The notes beneath the pieces were generated by a model. It was not told the origin of the DNA, did not search any database, and saw nothing but the letters and a program-made list of their open reading frames with translations. Below, one piece after another: positions 26,572 to 41,025 of a stretch of DNA of 64,000 bases; within the stretch, counting starts at the first letter, position 1; every line of letters begins with the position of its first letter. The position numbers were made by a program, and so were the translations under genes. Origin of the DNA: Chrysomallon squamiferum (Eukaryota; Animalia; Mollusca); NCBI GenBank assembly GCA_012295275.1, contig CM022665.1:49154975-49218974 (forward strand), written 5' to 3'.

Positions 26572-26990
26572 AAAGTACAAGTAGAGATGTCGTAGACACA
26601 GGAGAAATAATATATGGAGACATTGATGAGAAAGAACTGGACCAGTCAGGTTTCACGGAAACAGAATCAGAAATCGCTGGTGATGAGAGAAATCAAAGTG
26701 GAATGATGAGAAATGATGAAATAGGGGCAGAAGATTCAGACACTGTCAGATACAGGAGTGAGAAAGAACGATATTCGTTTAACTTAAAATCTGGTCTAAA
26801 TCCACACTGGTCAAAAGATTTTGCAGCTGCTGGATTCTACTACACTGGGCCTGGTGATCGCGTTGTCTGCTTCAGCTGTGGTAAGAGCTATGATCACTGG
26901 AGACGTGGAGATAACCCAATGCAAATTCACGGACAAAACTCACCAAGCTGCAGATTTGTCCTGGGAGAGGAAGAAAATGAACCCATGACG
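26572..26990 (+). CDS. IAP exon encoding a complete, uninterrupted BIR domain (BIR1-like)
   Basis: ERYSF...FAAAGFYYTGPGDRVVCFSC-x16-H-x6-C; acceptor cgaacAG (phase 1), donor ACG|gtaagt; read-through stops at 27021-27023. Confidence 0.85.
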
Positions 26991-27585
26991 GTAAGTGAAA
27001 ATACTGAGAAGATAGTACAATAATTTCTGATTAGATGCCAGTTCAGCGTTACCAGTATTGGAATCTGCTGGTCAGAGTTTGGTCAGTTCTGGTGATGTTG
27101 TCTTTAGTGATTCTCATCAAAGTTCAACACAGCTTAATGTCAGTAATTTACCAATCTTTCATCTTTTCTGTTTGGAAACTCCTTTTCATCAGCCCCGCCA
27201 CTGCATTCATTTTAAAATCTTCTTCGATTGTTTTGTATTTGTTAACACTGACATTTTAATTCATTTTAAGTCATTAATATTTTATATTCATTTGATAATA
27301 AGACATGATTGTCTCTTGAAATGTTTGACAGTTTAATAGTGAATTAAAATGTTCAGTATTTTAATAATGATTTTTAATTTTGACCTTCTGATAGTCATTT
27401 GAAATCTTTGAAACATTAATTTTGTGTATGTGGATGCATATCTGTGTATATATGTATGGGTTTCTATGCGTATGTGTATATGTATATGTGTATGTGTTTC
27501 TGTGCCAGTATAGGAGTGGTATTAGTGGGTATAAATACGTGTGTTTCACAGGAAATATATAAACGAGCACATTAAGTATACATAG

Positions 27586-27770
27586 AAAATTCACGTGATA
27601 GCACGTCCTGCTTTCACTGCGGCGGAGGTCTTTCTAATTGGAAGCAGGGACAAAACCCTTACGTGGAACACGCCAGATGGTTTCCAGAATGCGATTTCAT
27701 CAGACATGTGAAGGGAGATAATTTTGTTGATTTTGGTAAAGCAATGAATAAAAATGAAGATTTTTTGCTC
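27586..27770 (+). pseudogene. Exon B copy (BIR C-half), partner exon A deleted near 27200, 3' end frameshifted, donor lost
   Basis: [28 protein letters not shown]. Confidence 0.75.
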
Positions 27771-27991
27771 TACCACGAAATTATTAAAAATCATGTATTT
27801 GAGAAGTTTCTTAAATTGAATTTCCTTTCATATTTTGTTAATCATTTGTTTAGATATTTTGTTAATCATTTGTTTAGATAATTTGATAATTAAGTTAGTT
27901 TTATATTTTGTATTGCTAGTATTAGAAATAGTAGTAGTGGAATTATTGTTGTTATTATTACTTTTCCAAATATATAATTAATATTTTGTAG

Positions 27992-28026
27992 GACTACGAT
28001 GGCATACTCGTTGATCTGCATGAAAG
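27992..28026 (+). CDS. 35-nt exon preceding RING (DYDGILVDLHE), phase 0 to 2
   Basis: tttgtAG acceptor, AAG|gtatgt donor, phase matches RING exon. Confidence 0.7.
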
Positions 28027-28639
28027 GTATGTTGTTAGAAAAGTGTAAGTTTACTAACACATCGTATAACCCATTATCAGAATATCAGAAAATAAAGTGA
28101 ACATAAAAGTACTGAATAATTTACATCCAGCAAAATAATATTTTAACTAGATTAACTTTAGCTGAACGGGACTTTGAAATAGTGCCGGGTCATACAGAAA
28201 TCCGGAATAGTCAGAAGAATAAAAATTATAAACGTTTTATTTGATTTTATTCGCATAGTTGATGAATAACGTACATGGTTTTATTATTATTATTATTATT
28301 GTTATTATTATTATTGTTGTTGTTGTTGTTGCTGTTGTATTAATGATTTTGTCATTACTGTTATTACTATTGTTATTACTATTTTTATTGTTGTTGTTAT
28401 TGATTTTATTATTATTAGATCCATAAAAGGTAGTAAAGAGTCAAATTACTTTTATGATAGACTACATAATATTTGTTTCAATAGTTAGGTGTAGCAAAGT
28501 ATGCAAATTATTATTATGTTCGGTTTTTGTTTGTTTGTTGTTGTTGTTTTTTGTTTTTGTTTTTTGTTTTTTTACCTAATTGTTTCAAAGTATGTGCATT
28601 ATAAAGTATTACAAAACTATTATTTTTATGATTTAGCAG

Positions 28640-28793
28640 ACGGAACTGCACTGTGTGTCATAGAAATGGAGTCAAAATCCTTTTCCTGCCCTGTCAACAC
28701 GTTTGCTGCTGTGGAGATTGTGCGCGCCGACAGCAACATTGCCCACGTTGTGGAGAGACAATCCAGTCAACTTTTTGGCTTGTCATCTTTTAA
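28640..28793 (+). CDS. Terminal exon: intact IAP-type C3HC4 RING finger
   Basis: RNCTVCHRNGVKILFLPCQHVCCCGDCARRQQHCPRCGETIQSTFWLVIF*; different frame from ORF 28501..28887. Confidence 0.88.
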
Positions 28794-28998
28794 AGATGAC
28801 GATGTGATAAACTTTAAATCTCATGTGAAAGATGTACCAAAGAGTTTGAATCGATTTTTTGAGTTTCACACTAAAAGTTTTAAATGATGAAATCCAGGAA
28901 ATTGGATTTCATCATTTAAAATTGTTAGTGTGAAACTCAAAAAAAAAAATATAATAATAATAATGTTACTACTACTATCACTAGTGCAACGACGATTT

Positions 28999-29065
<67 letters not shown>

Positions 29066-29534
29066 AACTACTACTACTACTAGATATTTGGATATGGTTT
29101 TATGGCAAGTTTAGTATTTCCAAGATATTAAGAAGAAAAGCCTGTAATATATTTAACCTTATACATTGTTTTGTGTTATCATAGGTTGACTTTAACAAAA
29201 TAATCACTACTAAATTTACGATATACATAATTGCATAGTAGGATATTTATTGGTAACTATGCAGACACAATTTCAAAAAAAAAGAAGAAAAACGCTTGTT
29301 TTCAAGAGACTACTTTGCATATGAGTTCTTCAAAATCATCCGGCAAAGAATCTATTAAATATCAAAGACTACATCATAAAGAACATTTTAAAATAAATCA
29401 AATAACTTGTATACTTTGTTACACATAACCTTTGTAAACAAATTGTAGGTTTTATCATAAAAGTAACGTGACTCTTCACAAGGAGTTACGAACATACAAA
29501 AAGGCTTTCTGTATATTTTTCTTAAATATATCAG

Positions 29535-29599
<65 letters not shown>

Positions 29600-30209
29600 C
29601 GCAATACCAGTAATGCCAGAGAGAACAAGAACAAGAACAATGATTAAACCATCAATAATAAATACATTATTAAATGGAGTTAAATTAGCAAAACTAGAAC
29701 TAATATTAAAATAACATCTTGAAATTGTTTAATACAATTTGGGTATGCCTTATAAAGGCATAGGACATACCAAGTTACTAAACCAGAAACTGTATTGTGT
29801 GAACGTCCTGCTTTTACTGCGGCGGAGGTCTTTCTAATTGGATGCAGGGAGAAAACCCTTACGTGGAGCACGCCAGATGGTTTCCAGAATGCGATTTCAT
29901 CAGACATGTGAAGGGAGACAATTTTGTTGATTTTGGTAAAGCAATGAATAAAAACGAAGATTTTTTGCTCTACCACGAAATTATTAAAAATCATGTATTT
30001 GAGAAGTTTCTTAAATTGAATTTCCTTTCATATTTTGTTAATCATTTGTTTAGATATTTTGTTAATCATTTGTTTAGATAATTTGATAATTAAGTTAGTT
30101 TTATATTTTGTATTGCTAGTATTAGAAATAGTAGTAGTGGAATTATTGTTGTTGTTGTTGTTATTGTTGTTATTATTACTTTTCCAAATATATAATTAAT
30201 ATTTTGTAG

Positions 30210-30244
30210 GACTACGATGGCATACTCGTTGATTTTCGTGAAAG
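30210..30244 (+). CDS. 35-nt pre-RING exon, duplicate (DYDGILVDFRE)
   Basis: Same splice sites as 27992. Confidence 0.62.
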
Positions 30245-30851
30245 GTATGTTATTAGAAAAGTGTAAGTTTACTAACACATCGTATAGCCCATTATCAGAA
30301 TATCAGAAAATAATGTGAACATAAAAGTACTGAATAATTTACATCCAGCAAAATAATATTTTAACTAGATTAACTTTAGCTGAACGGGACTTTGAAATAG
30401 TGCCGGGTCATACAGAAATCCGGAATAGTCAGAAGAATAAAAATTATAAACGTTTTATTTGATTTTATTCGCATAGTTGATGAATAACGTACATTGTTTT
30501 ATTGTTATTATTATTATTGTTGTTGTTGTTGTTGCTGTTGTATTAATGATTTTGTCATTACTGTTATTACTATTGTTATTACTATTTTTATTGTTGTTGT
30601 TATTGATTTTATTATTATTAGATTCATAAAAGGTAGTAAAGAGTCAAATTACTTTTATGATAGACTACATAATATTTGTTTCAATAGTTAGGTGTAGCAA
30701 AGTATGCAAATTATTATTATGTTCGGTTTTTGTTTATTTGTTGTTGTTGTTTTTTTTTTTTTTTTTTTTTTACCTAATTGTTTCAAAGTATGTGCATTAT
30801 AAAGTATTACAAAACTATTATTTTTATAATATTATTTTTATGATTTAGCAG

Positions 30852-31005
30852 ACGGAACTGCACTGTGTGTCATAGAAATGGAGTCAAAATCCTTTTCCTG
30901 CCCTGTCAAGACGTTTGCTGCTGTGGAGATTGTGCGCGCCGACAGCAACATTGCCCACGTTGTGGAGAGACAATCCAGTCAACTCGTTGGCTTGTCATCT
31001 TTTAA
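30852..31005 (+). CDS. RING exon duplicate with His ligand changed to Asp (PCQD)
   Basis: CAC to GAC; otherwise open. Confidence 0.75.
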
Positions 31006-31210
31006 AGATGACGATGTGATAAACTTTAAATCTCATGTGAAAGATGTACCAAAGAGTTTGAATCGATTTTTTGAGTTTCACACTAAAAGTTTTAAATGAT
31101 GAAATCCAGGAAATTGGATTTCATCATTTAAAATTGTTAGTGTGAAACTCAAAAAAAAAAATATAATAATAATAATGTTACTACTACTATCACTAGTGCA
31201 ACGACGATTT

Positions 31211-31271
<61 letters not shown>

Positions 31272-31740
31272 AACTACTACTACTACTAGATATTTGGATA
31301 TGGTTTTATGGCAAGTTTAGTATTTCCAAGATATTAAGAAGAAAAGCCTGTAATATATTTAACCTTATACATTGTTTTGTGTTATCATAGGTTGACTTTA
31401 ACAAAATAATCACTACTAAATTTGCGATATACATAATTGTATAGTAGGATATTTATTGGTAACTATGCAGACACAATTTCAAAAAAAAAGAAGAAAAACA
31501 CTTGTTTTCAAGAGACTACTTTGCATATGAGTTCTTCAAAATCATCCGGCAAAGAATCTATTAAATATCAAAGACTATATCATAAAGAACATTTTAAAAT
31601 AAATCAAATAACTTGTATACTTTGTTACACATAACCTTTGTAAACAAATTGTAGGTTTTATCATAAAAGTAACGTGACTCTTCACAAGGAGTTACGAACA
31701 TACAAAAAGGCTTTCTGTATATTTTTCTTAAATATATCAG

Positions 31741-31811
<71 letters not shown>

Positions 31812-32013
31812 CGCAATACCAGTAATGCCAGAGAGAACAAGAACAAGAACAATGATTAAACCATCAATAATAAATACATTATTAAATGGAGTTAAATTAG
31901 CAAAACTAGAACTAATATTAAAATAACATCTTGAAATTGTTTAATACAATTTGGGTATGCCTTATAAAGGCATAGGACATACCAAGTTACTAAACGAGAA
32001 ACTGTATTGTGTG

Positions 32014-32320
32014 AACGTCCTGCTTTTACTGCGGCGGAGGTCTTTCTAATTGGATGCAGGGAGAAAACCCTTACGTGGAACACGCCAGATGGTTTCCAGA
32101 ATGCGATTTCATCACACATGTAAAGAGAGACAATTTTGTGGATTTGATACAAGAAATGGATGAAAATGAAGAGCAGGTAAGTAGTTGACATTTTTAACTT
32201 TACCACGGAAATATTAAACTTGCATAAATATGTGTACCGGTGTTTTCACTAGGAATCAGAAATCGCTGGTGATGAGGAAGAAATTGAACCCGTTACGGTA
32301 AGTGAAAATCTGAGCACCAG
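32014..32320 (+). pseudogene. 5'-truncated exon B plus exon C (32253-32297); exon A deleted
   Basis: Homology to array unit. Confidence 0.7.
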
Positions 32321-32746
32321 TTAGTTACTCTTACTTAATTGGAAATCTTCACATTTTTTAATAATCATTTGAAATTCTTCTTCGATTGTTTTGTATTTGT
32401 TAACACTGACTTTTAATTCATTTTAAATCATCAATATTTTATATTCATTTGATAATAACACATTTTGATAGACTCTTGAAATTATTTGACATTTTAGTAG
32501 TCATTTAAAATGTTTGACATTTTCAGTATTTTAATAGTCATTTGAAATCTTTGAAACATCGTTGCAACAACATACCTTAATTCTGAGTGTGTAGGTATAT
32601 ATCTGTGTAAATATGTGTGTGTTTCTATGTGTGTGTGTATATGTATATGTGTATGTGTTTCTGTGCCAGTATAGGAGTGGTATTAGTGGGTATAAATACG
32701 TGTGTTTCACAGGAAATATATAAACGAGCACATTAAGTATACATAG

Positions 32747-33658
32747 AAAATTCACGTGATAGCACGTCCTGCTTTCAGTGCGGCGGAGGTCTTTCTAATT
32801 GGAAGCAGGGACAAAACCTTACGTGGAACACGCCAGATGGTTTCCACGATGCGATTTCATCAGACATGTGAAGGAAGACAATTTTGTGGATTTGGTACAA
32901 GAAATGGATGAAATTGAAGAGCAGGTAAGTAGTTGACATTTTTAACTTTACCACGAAAATATTAAACTTGTATAAATATGTGTAGCGGTGTTTTCACTAG
33001 GAATTCAGAAATTTCTTAAATGTATTTCACATTTCTAATCCTTTCTGTGTCTATATATATTTAGTTAGTTAGTTAGATAGTTATTTAGTTCATTAACATG
33101 TTATTTAGTCACCATGTTTACTATTCTTGATATATTTCTCTTTATTATTACTATTGTTCATCTTGTAGTTTTTATTACTTTTGAAAATATTTCATTAGTG
33201 TTTCAAAATTTGTTTTAGATTAACTATAAGCAAGTGATGGAGATTCTAAATGACTGCCCACCCGAATATGATATTCTCGGAACTGGAAATTATCAAGGTA
33301 GATGTTAATAAAATAACATAAAAGTGCATAATAGATTTCTAACATAAAATGATTGCAATACAATGACTCCCTTTATTATGAGGTTAACTTTTGAGCTTAT
33401 AGATATATATATTTCTCTGTTTTATTTTCTGGAGTAAGGAGTGCAATAGCAATGACACTTCAGAAAAGGATGATGAGAAATGAAGCATTAACAAGAATCT
33501 CAATTTCTAAGCGACATTTTGTAACAACATCAAACTTATTTTCTCTATTGCCTGTAACTTGAATATAAATATGATCATATAACAATCTAACGTGAAGAAT
33601 TGCGAAAAAGTTTGTATATCTTTAAACGTATTAAAGGTTTGATAGTTTTATACTCACT

Positions 33659-33740
<82 letters not shown>

Positions 33741-34865
33741 TTTTTTTAATTTTTTTATTTTTTTTGACTGCGTTATATAATTCAGAAGCTGCAGTTGTTT
33801 ATGGAAATGAATCAGAAATTACAAGACGTGATGGAAATGAAATACAAGTTGCATCTGTTGATGGAAATAAATCACAAATTGAAAGAGTTGATGTAAGTGA
33901 ATCAATTGCTGGAAGTATTGATGGAAATAAAGTAAAAGGTACAAGAACTGATACAAATCAAATAGAAGTTACTAGAACTGATGGAAAAGAAACACAGCCA
34001 GTCTCCGAAAGAACTGGCAGAAGCCGGTATCTTCTTCTCTGGTTAGTGTTACTCTTATTCAATTAGAAGTCTTCATATTTCAATAATTATTTTTAAAACT
34101 TTCAGGATTTTAAGATTGAATTTGTATTTGTACATTCTGAAAGTCGCCTGAAATGTTTGACGTAATAATAGTCATTTGGGATATTTTATTGTTGAAGAGT
34201 GAAATAATGTTTTCTGTATTTTAATTTTCATTTTGAATTTGGACATTCTGATAGTCATTTGAAATCTCTGAACGATCGATAGAATAACATAGCTTAATTT
34301 TGTGTGTGTTTCTATGTGCGGGTACATGTATGTGTGTGTGTGTGTGTTTCTATGTGCGGGTACATGTATGTGTTTATGTGCCTGTATAGTCGGGGTATTA
34401 GTGGTTGTAAATACAGAAAGTGTATACAATTATGAACAAGCTCATTTATGTATACACAGGAGAAACAGGTGATAGCACGACCTGCTTTTACTGCGGCGGA
34501 GAACTCAGAAATTGGATGCAGGGAGACAACCCTTACGTGGAACACGCCAGATGGTTTCCACGATGTGATTTCATAAAACATTGTTCTTTGGTACGAAATT
34601 ATTAGACTTAAGTAAATACGTGTATTTGTATTTTCACAAGGATTTGAGAAGTTTCTCTAAATTAATTTACATCTTGTAATCTTTTCTCTCTCTTTCTTTG
34701 ATATTTTGTTTATTATTTGTTTATTTAATTAGTTAAGTTAGTTTTTAAAATGTTATTATCTTATGTTTTTGTCTCATTATTATTATTTTTATTATTTTAT
34801 TACTGTTACTACTACCACCACTACTACTACTACTACTGCTACTACTACTACTACTACTATTATTG

Positions 34866-34919
<54 letters not shown>

Positions 34920-35710
34920 TTAATTATTACTTTTCATTAATCTATTTTAAAACAACTGTAACACAGATATTGATCTTCATTGAAATAGAAGATGTCAAGG
35001 TATGTTTAGAGAAAACTGTAAGTTTACTAATACATTGCATAGCCCACATAGACTATCACAAAATAATGTGAAGATAAAAGTACTGAAAAAATACATCCTG
35101 CAAAATAATATTTTAAATAGATAAACTTTAGCGGAACAGGACTTTGAAATCCGGATTAGTCTGAAGAATACAAATTATTATTATTATTGTAATTGTTGTT
35201 GTTATTATTATTGTAATTATTATTATCATTATTATCATTATTATTCTTGTTGTTGTTATATTGATTTTGTCATAACTGTTACTAATATTGTTATTGTTGT
35301 TGATGTTATTGCTGTTATTATTATTGGATTCATAAAAGAGTAGTAAAGAGTCAAATTACTTTTATGATAGTCTACAAAATATTTGTTTCAATCGTTAGGT
35401 GCAGCAAAGTACGCAAATTATTATTACTATGTTGTTGTTTTTTTATGGTTTTTTTGTTTTGTTTTTTTATTTTGTTTTTTTACCTTATAAGTTTGTGTAT
35501 TAAACAACTGTCATTTTGACAATATTCTTTTCAACATTTAACAGATGCTAGGAGACACTGATCTACACTGTACGTCATGAAAAGATGATCGGAATCTTTT
35601 TCCTGCCATGTCGTCACGTTTGCTGCTGTGAAGATTGTGCGTTCGGACTGCGACGATGTCCATGTTGTAGACAGATAATCCAAAACACTTATCTGGTTGT
35701 GCTGTATTAA
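32747..35710 (+). pseudogene. IAP pseudogene: exon B 32747-32924 (-1 frameshift), 79-nt exon 33219-33297, deleted repeat exon 33786-34041, exon B from 34460, degenerate RING 35545-35710
   Basis: Paralogue of 52566-58821 with frameshifts and a lost acceptor near 34950. Confidence 0.8.
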
Positions 35711-37017
35711 TCTGTTTTAAAGATGTCGATTTGAAGAACTTCTATAACAAACAGTTTGGCTAGATTTGTTTAGTTTCACACTAACAATTTTAAATCTGTA
35801 GTCTAGTTTTCTAGTATAGTACTCTGTAGTAACCGACTAATAAAAAATACGATCTTATGTTTAGTTTTTTTTTTTGAACTGTAGCGTGATTATGTTATTT
35901 TATATTACGTTTTTGAAAAGATTTTTAATCAATAGTTCCTGTCTCTGTTTTTCGTAGCTGGTGTGAATTCAGTTTTCAGTTCGTCAACCTCTGTTTTTCG
36001 AATGGCAGACTTACTATGTCTAACAAGATTTAAGTTTAAAATGTAGAAAATATTAGGTCATTTTTAAATTAAGAACACATTAAAAGAAAAAAATACATCT
36101 TTCATTTGACTTTAAAAAAAATGTTATTTAATTAATTATTTTATTTTATATTCTTTCTTACTTTATATATATCTTTCTGAATACACTATAATTTATTCCA
36201 GGAAAAATGCATATATTTTAGTTAAATTACAAATAAGTACGTCATTTACGTTGCAAACGTTGTTGTATGTTATTTTTCTGTATGATTGAATGAAACGCAC
36301 CCAGATTTGAATAAACACTTTCCAATTCTTTTTATAATCATATTTTTCAACAGGACGCTGTTTTTTTTTTTTAACAAAAACTGCTTTTAGACACAATATT
36401 AAAAGTTCACAGATTTGCAAGTGGACTTTGTATATTCAGAATTTTATACAGAAGCAGTTTTTGTTATTGTCCCACTGTTTAGATCAGTTTTATTCTCGTC
36501 ACTGTAGTCAAAGTAAATAAACAGAAATTGCTGTACTGTAAATAAATATTAGTGTATTTTCACTGTAATGAAAGAAATATATTTTAATTTTATTATATTT
36601 AATACTTGGCAAATTAATCGACTGGGTATAACATTGCGAAATTATTACAAATATTTATATTTGTCTATCAGAAAATCTTTCTGGATTTATGAAGAGTGAG
36701 CTAAGATAAGAAAAATGTTTATTCAAATCTGGGCTGGTCTTATTGAGGCACATTACAAAGAAAGTTACTACAGAGAATTCTGCTGTACATAATCAAACGA
36801 GTAACGTATTTTACTCTGTGTTTGTAGACATAAAACAAAGAACTATGAATACATTGCAAAGTGTTTAGCAGAAACATTGTCATGCGAACTGTGATAATTT
36901 CATTGATAATAGCAATCATGTTGCAGCATCAGACATAGTCACGAGTTCTGATATCTAGCACTGAGCTGCATGTGCTCTCGGTGTCTGGAAACAAGTCACA
37001 ATTCTTATATAACAAAA

Positions 37018-37377
37018 TACATGGGTTTGTGGAGTACTGAATGTGTCATCTTACTATGCATGGGTTTGTGGAGTACTGAATGTGTCATCTTACTATGCAT
37101 GGGTTTGTGGAGTACTGAATGTGTCATCTTACTATGCATGGGTTTGTGGAGTATTGAATGTGTCATCATACTATGCATGGGTTTGTGGAGTACTGAATGT
37201 GTCATCTTACTATGCATGGGTTTGTGGAGTACTGAATGTGTCATCATACTATGCATGGGTTTGTGGAGTACTGAATGTGTCATCATACTATGCATGGGTT
37301 TGTGGAGTACTGAATGTGTCATCATACTATGCATGGGTTTGTGGAGTACTGAATGTGTCATCTTACTATGCATGGGG
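37018..37377. repeat. 39-bp minisatellite, 9 copies
   Basis: (ATGGGTTTGTGGAGTACTGAATGTGTCATCWTACTATGC)n. Confidence 0.97.
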
Positions 37378-38098
37378 TAATTGTTAAGCTTATTGATTAG
37401 TTCAGTTAGGCAGGATTAAAGAAAGAGGCTTCATATTGTGCAGGGGTGCAGTTTGGGTCTAGGTTAGTGATTAGGATAGATTTAAACTAAGGGCTTCCTT
37501 CTGTAAATGATTTATAAAATGTCCCAGGTTAAAATGTGTTTCACTATATATTCTCCAGCTTGCTCTAGTATCAGAAGTATGTTTTATATGGAAGTTATTC
37601 ATAGCAATAAGGGTGATTACAGAATCTGTTATGAGGGGTTCATGTATACTGCGGCAGAATTTTTTGTGATATCGGGTGAAACATCTGCTTAAACCAACAA
37701 CATTAACAAAAAATTCTGATTTTTTAAGTGAAATAGTAAATTTAATGTGTTAATTACAACATATACTAATAACTGTATCAAAAGTCTGAATGCGTGATAC
37801 CAACTTTTTTGTTTACTCATCAACAACTTTATAACAGGAAGGTTTTGACTTAATTGTGTAAGTACTAGCAATAAAAATATATGATTTTTAAATCAACTGT
37901 GTTGTGAGTTTCACTTTTATGTACATAGCAATTTATGTATATTTTATGAACTAAGAGAAATTCAAGCTGATCATGCTATAGAATTGGTTAAAAAAGAAAA
38001 AGAAAAACGATAAGAAGAAGAAAAAGAAAAACCTAAAGAAGTTTTCGTAGAACGCTCATAAATCTGTTTACCTAAGATGAATGTTAACTCATTGTGAT

Positions 38099-38135
<37 letters not shown>

Positions 38136-38271
38136 TGACTTACACAACTAATTCAAATCAGCTAACAGCCACTATGAACTATAATACATAGATTCAAACG
38201 AGATAAGCTGGACATTAATAGAAATTAAATTCTTCAACAATAATACTGATTACATGCATATACAACTAGTA

Positions 38272-38405
38272 ATAAATACTTCAATGAAATATCCAAAACA
38301 ATTTTTTTAATTTATTTATCACCAGCATGCACTATCATTTTTTTAAATCTAAAATAATAACACACAAACACACACACACACACAGACACACGGACACACA
38401 CACAT

Positions 38406-38443
<38 letters not shown>

Positions 38444-40034
38444 TATGTTATTCTTAATTACAATATATTCATAATATTGCAATAAATAAAAGTGTACATA
38501 AGTCTTTTCTGCATTTGCTGGTCCCAGTAAATTCTGTGCACCAGAACAGTTCTCAAATCATTGCACATTATTATTGACTTAATTCAGAGAAGACCTTAGA
38601 TCCTATAACAATTATTCTGAGTAAAAGTGCATTAAGCTGATAATAATAAACTTACTAACAAAAAATCGGTCTTTTCCGTCATTCAGAATGATAGGTTGAA
38701 CTTCCAGGGTCATGATGTTCTTTAAAAATATTATTGTTAACATTAATATTCTCTGACAGACATTATTTGATAAACCAGCACAGGCCTGTTAGATTACGCA
38801 TGCGCAGTGCATGTCATCATTGTTATCGCTATAGTGACGTAAACGAAATTCATAATGGACTTAATCGACTATCGTTAACACTGAGAAAGCTTCAGGAATC
38901 CAAACCCACATAAGTTTTGCTTTATTTTTAATATATTGATATGTTTGAACTGTGATTAGGATTTTTGTTAAGTTTTAAATATTTTAATAACTGTTTTAAT
39001 TCTTATAAATATTCTGATACTTTTCAAATGTAAGAAACGTATTTTAACTTTACTTCCTTGTTTAACTTTGTATAAGTTTCATAGCAAATACTGAAGCTTT
39101 TCATGTCGATTTTAGTCAGTGCAAACACTTACGTAAAAAGCACATTGGATTTAGCTGAAATAGATGAATAACAGGACCAATATTTGAAATAAAAATTACG
39201 TTGTAACACATCTTAGGATAATATAGAACTTGACTTCCTTTTTTTGTTTGTTACGAGCGACAAGGAAAAGTTCACAAATATTGTCCCGTTTCTGTCGTCC
39301 ACTTCTTCAGTATGTTTCTCAATAATTGATAGAGGTGTAGAGAGTAAGTGTTAAGATTTGTTGCAAACATTATAAAATATTTCTGTGTTTTTTCTCTCCT
39401 TTTAGGAATAGAATAATTACTATGCCTGACTGGTTTGAACTGAAAAATGTAGAAAATAACAAGAGCAACAACAACAACAACAATAATAATAATAATGATA
39501 ACAATAATAATAATGATTTCATTTTCTCCTTTTTCTGCAAACCTGTTACTAAATCGATTAAAATGCAAATATCAGAATGTTAGTCAGTTGACCTCTAATA
39601 TATGGTTTCGAAATTTACCGTTATTTAATAGCTAAACTTTTTCAAATAATATAAAATACAACAGCTCTAATATAAATTAATATTAGTGTATTTCTACTGT
39701 AATGAAAGTAATATATTTTGACATTATCATATTTTATACGTTGCAAATTAGTCCACTGAATATAACTTGAAAATATTACAAATATTTATATTTGTGTATC
39801 AGAAAATATTTCTAGATTAATGCAGAGGGGATCAAAGTAATACAAATAAAATTAATATAATAACAATATTAAAAAAAATATATATTTATTGAAATGTGAG
39901 TTGGTCTTATTAAGGAACAAGACATAAAAAGTTACTACATGACAAAGATTACCGTGTAAACAATATACCTAGTTGTAGCATGAATAAAATTTAGTTAAAC
40001 TTTATTAGAATAAAATACAAACAAACACACAAAG

Positions 40035-40069
<35 letters not shown>

Positions 40070-41025
40070 GGTGTGTGGCCTAGGTTGTGAGAAAGCAGTT
40101 CAGTGGTTCGGCAAGTGTATCTATATCTGTGTGTACAGGTAATTTCTGTCACGTGACAGTTACCTCATAGTGACGACCCACATACATTTTATTGTCAGTT
40201 TCTAATACTCGATCAGTTTGAGTTTTGCTTTTCGGAAATAACGTGATTAGGAATTTAGGTAAGTTGATAAACATTTTAATAATAGTTTTCTTTGTATAGT
40301 AATTTATGTTTGTAATTAAATACTTATGTCTGGAGATAAATCTATATTTTTTTAAATGAATGAAACTCATTTTAACATTACTTCCTTGTTTTCTCAGCTC
40401 ATAACGAACCTTTTCTAGTCGATTTTATTGAATTCAGTGGCTCATGTGATTTAGTTTAAAAAAAAGGTTTAATAATAAAACTAGTATTCTAAATAATGGT
40501 TACATTATAACCTGATTTACTATATTCACGTAGTAGAGAAAACGACTTTCTTTTGTATTTGAACGAGAAATATTTCCGTGTCACTGTTTTTTTCTTTTTA
40601 AGTTTCTGAAACCGAAACTTGTGTGGACGAAAATATTTCCTGGAACGTTCGAAAACATAATTATTTACTTTTCGTTGTAATGGTAACTTTTATAATGCAG
40701 CATAATGCTACGTTTCTTGTTTGCAAGAGATTAAATGCTACTTTAAAAGATTTAAAAAAAAATAAAATAAATAAAACTGTGAAGATTAAATTGCATTTGA
40801 TTTATATATTTATTGATCGTTTGTTATTATTATTTCTTGTTTTCTCGGCGTTGTTTTCTTCTGTTTTCTCTGTGGCTGATGGTGAATTTAAAGAACTGAA
40901 TGGAAGTATCGGGTTTATTATTATTATTATTATTTTTATTATTTTGTTTTCCCCATTATATCATGGTACATGAGAATAGTTATTAACATCAAAATAGCTG
41001 ATAATATTAAAATATTATACATCGA
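38272..41025 (+). repeat. ~2.7-kb segmental duplication, copy 2
   Basis: Matches 21279-23970. Confidence 0.93.
40148..40264 (+). promoter_or_regulatory. Putative promoter/first exon module, copy 2
   Basis: GTCACGTGAC at 40148; donor GTAAGT at 40259. Confidence 0.48.

Larger units (their letters stand above)
27603..32110 (+). repeat. ~2.2-kb tandem duplication (exon B fragment, 35-nt exon, RING exon, 3' flank)
   Basis: acgtcctgcttt recurs at ~27603, ~29803, ~32014. Confidence 0.93.

Noticed and set aside
28501-28887. 128-aa ORF from the track (and 30878..31099)
   Set aside because: Wrong frame; the RING finger is in an overlapping frame
37018-37377. 39-bp repeats as a CRISPR array or MGLWSTECVILLC protein
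   Set aside because: Head-to-tail with no spacers, eukaryotic context, open in several frames, no splice support
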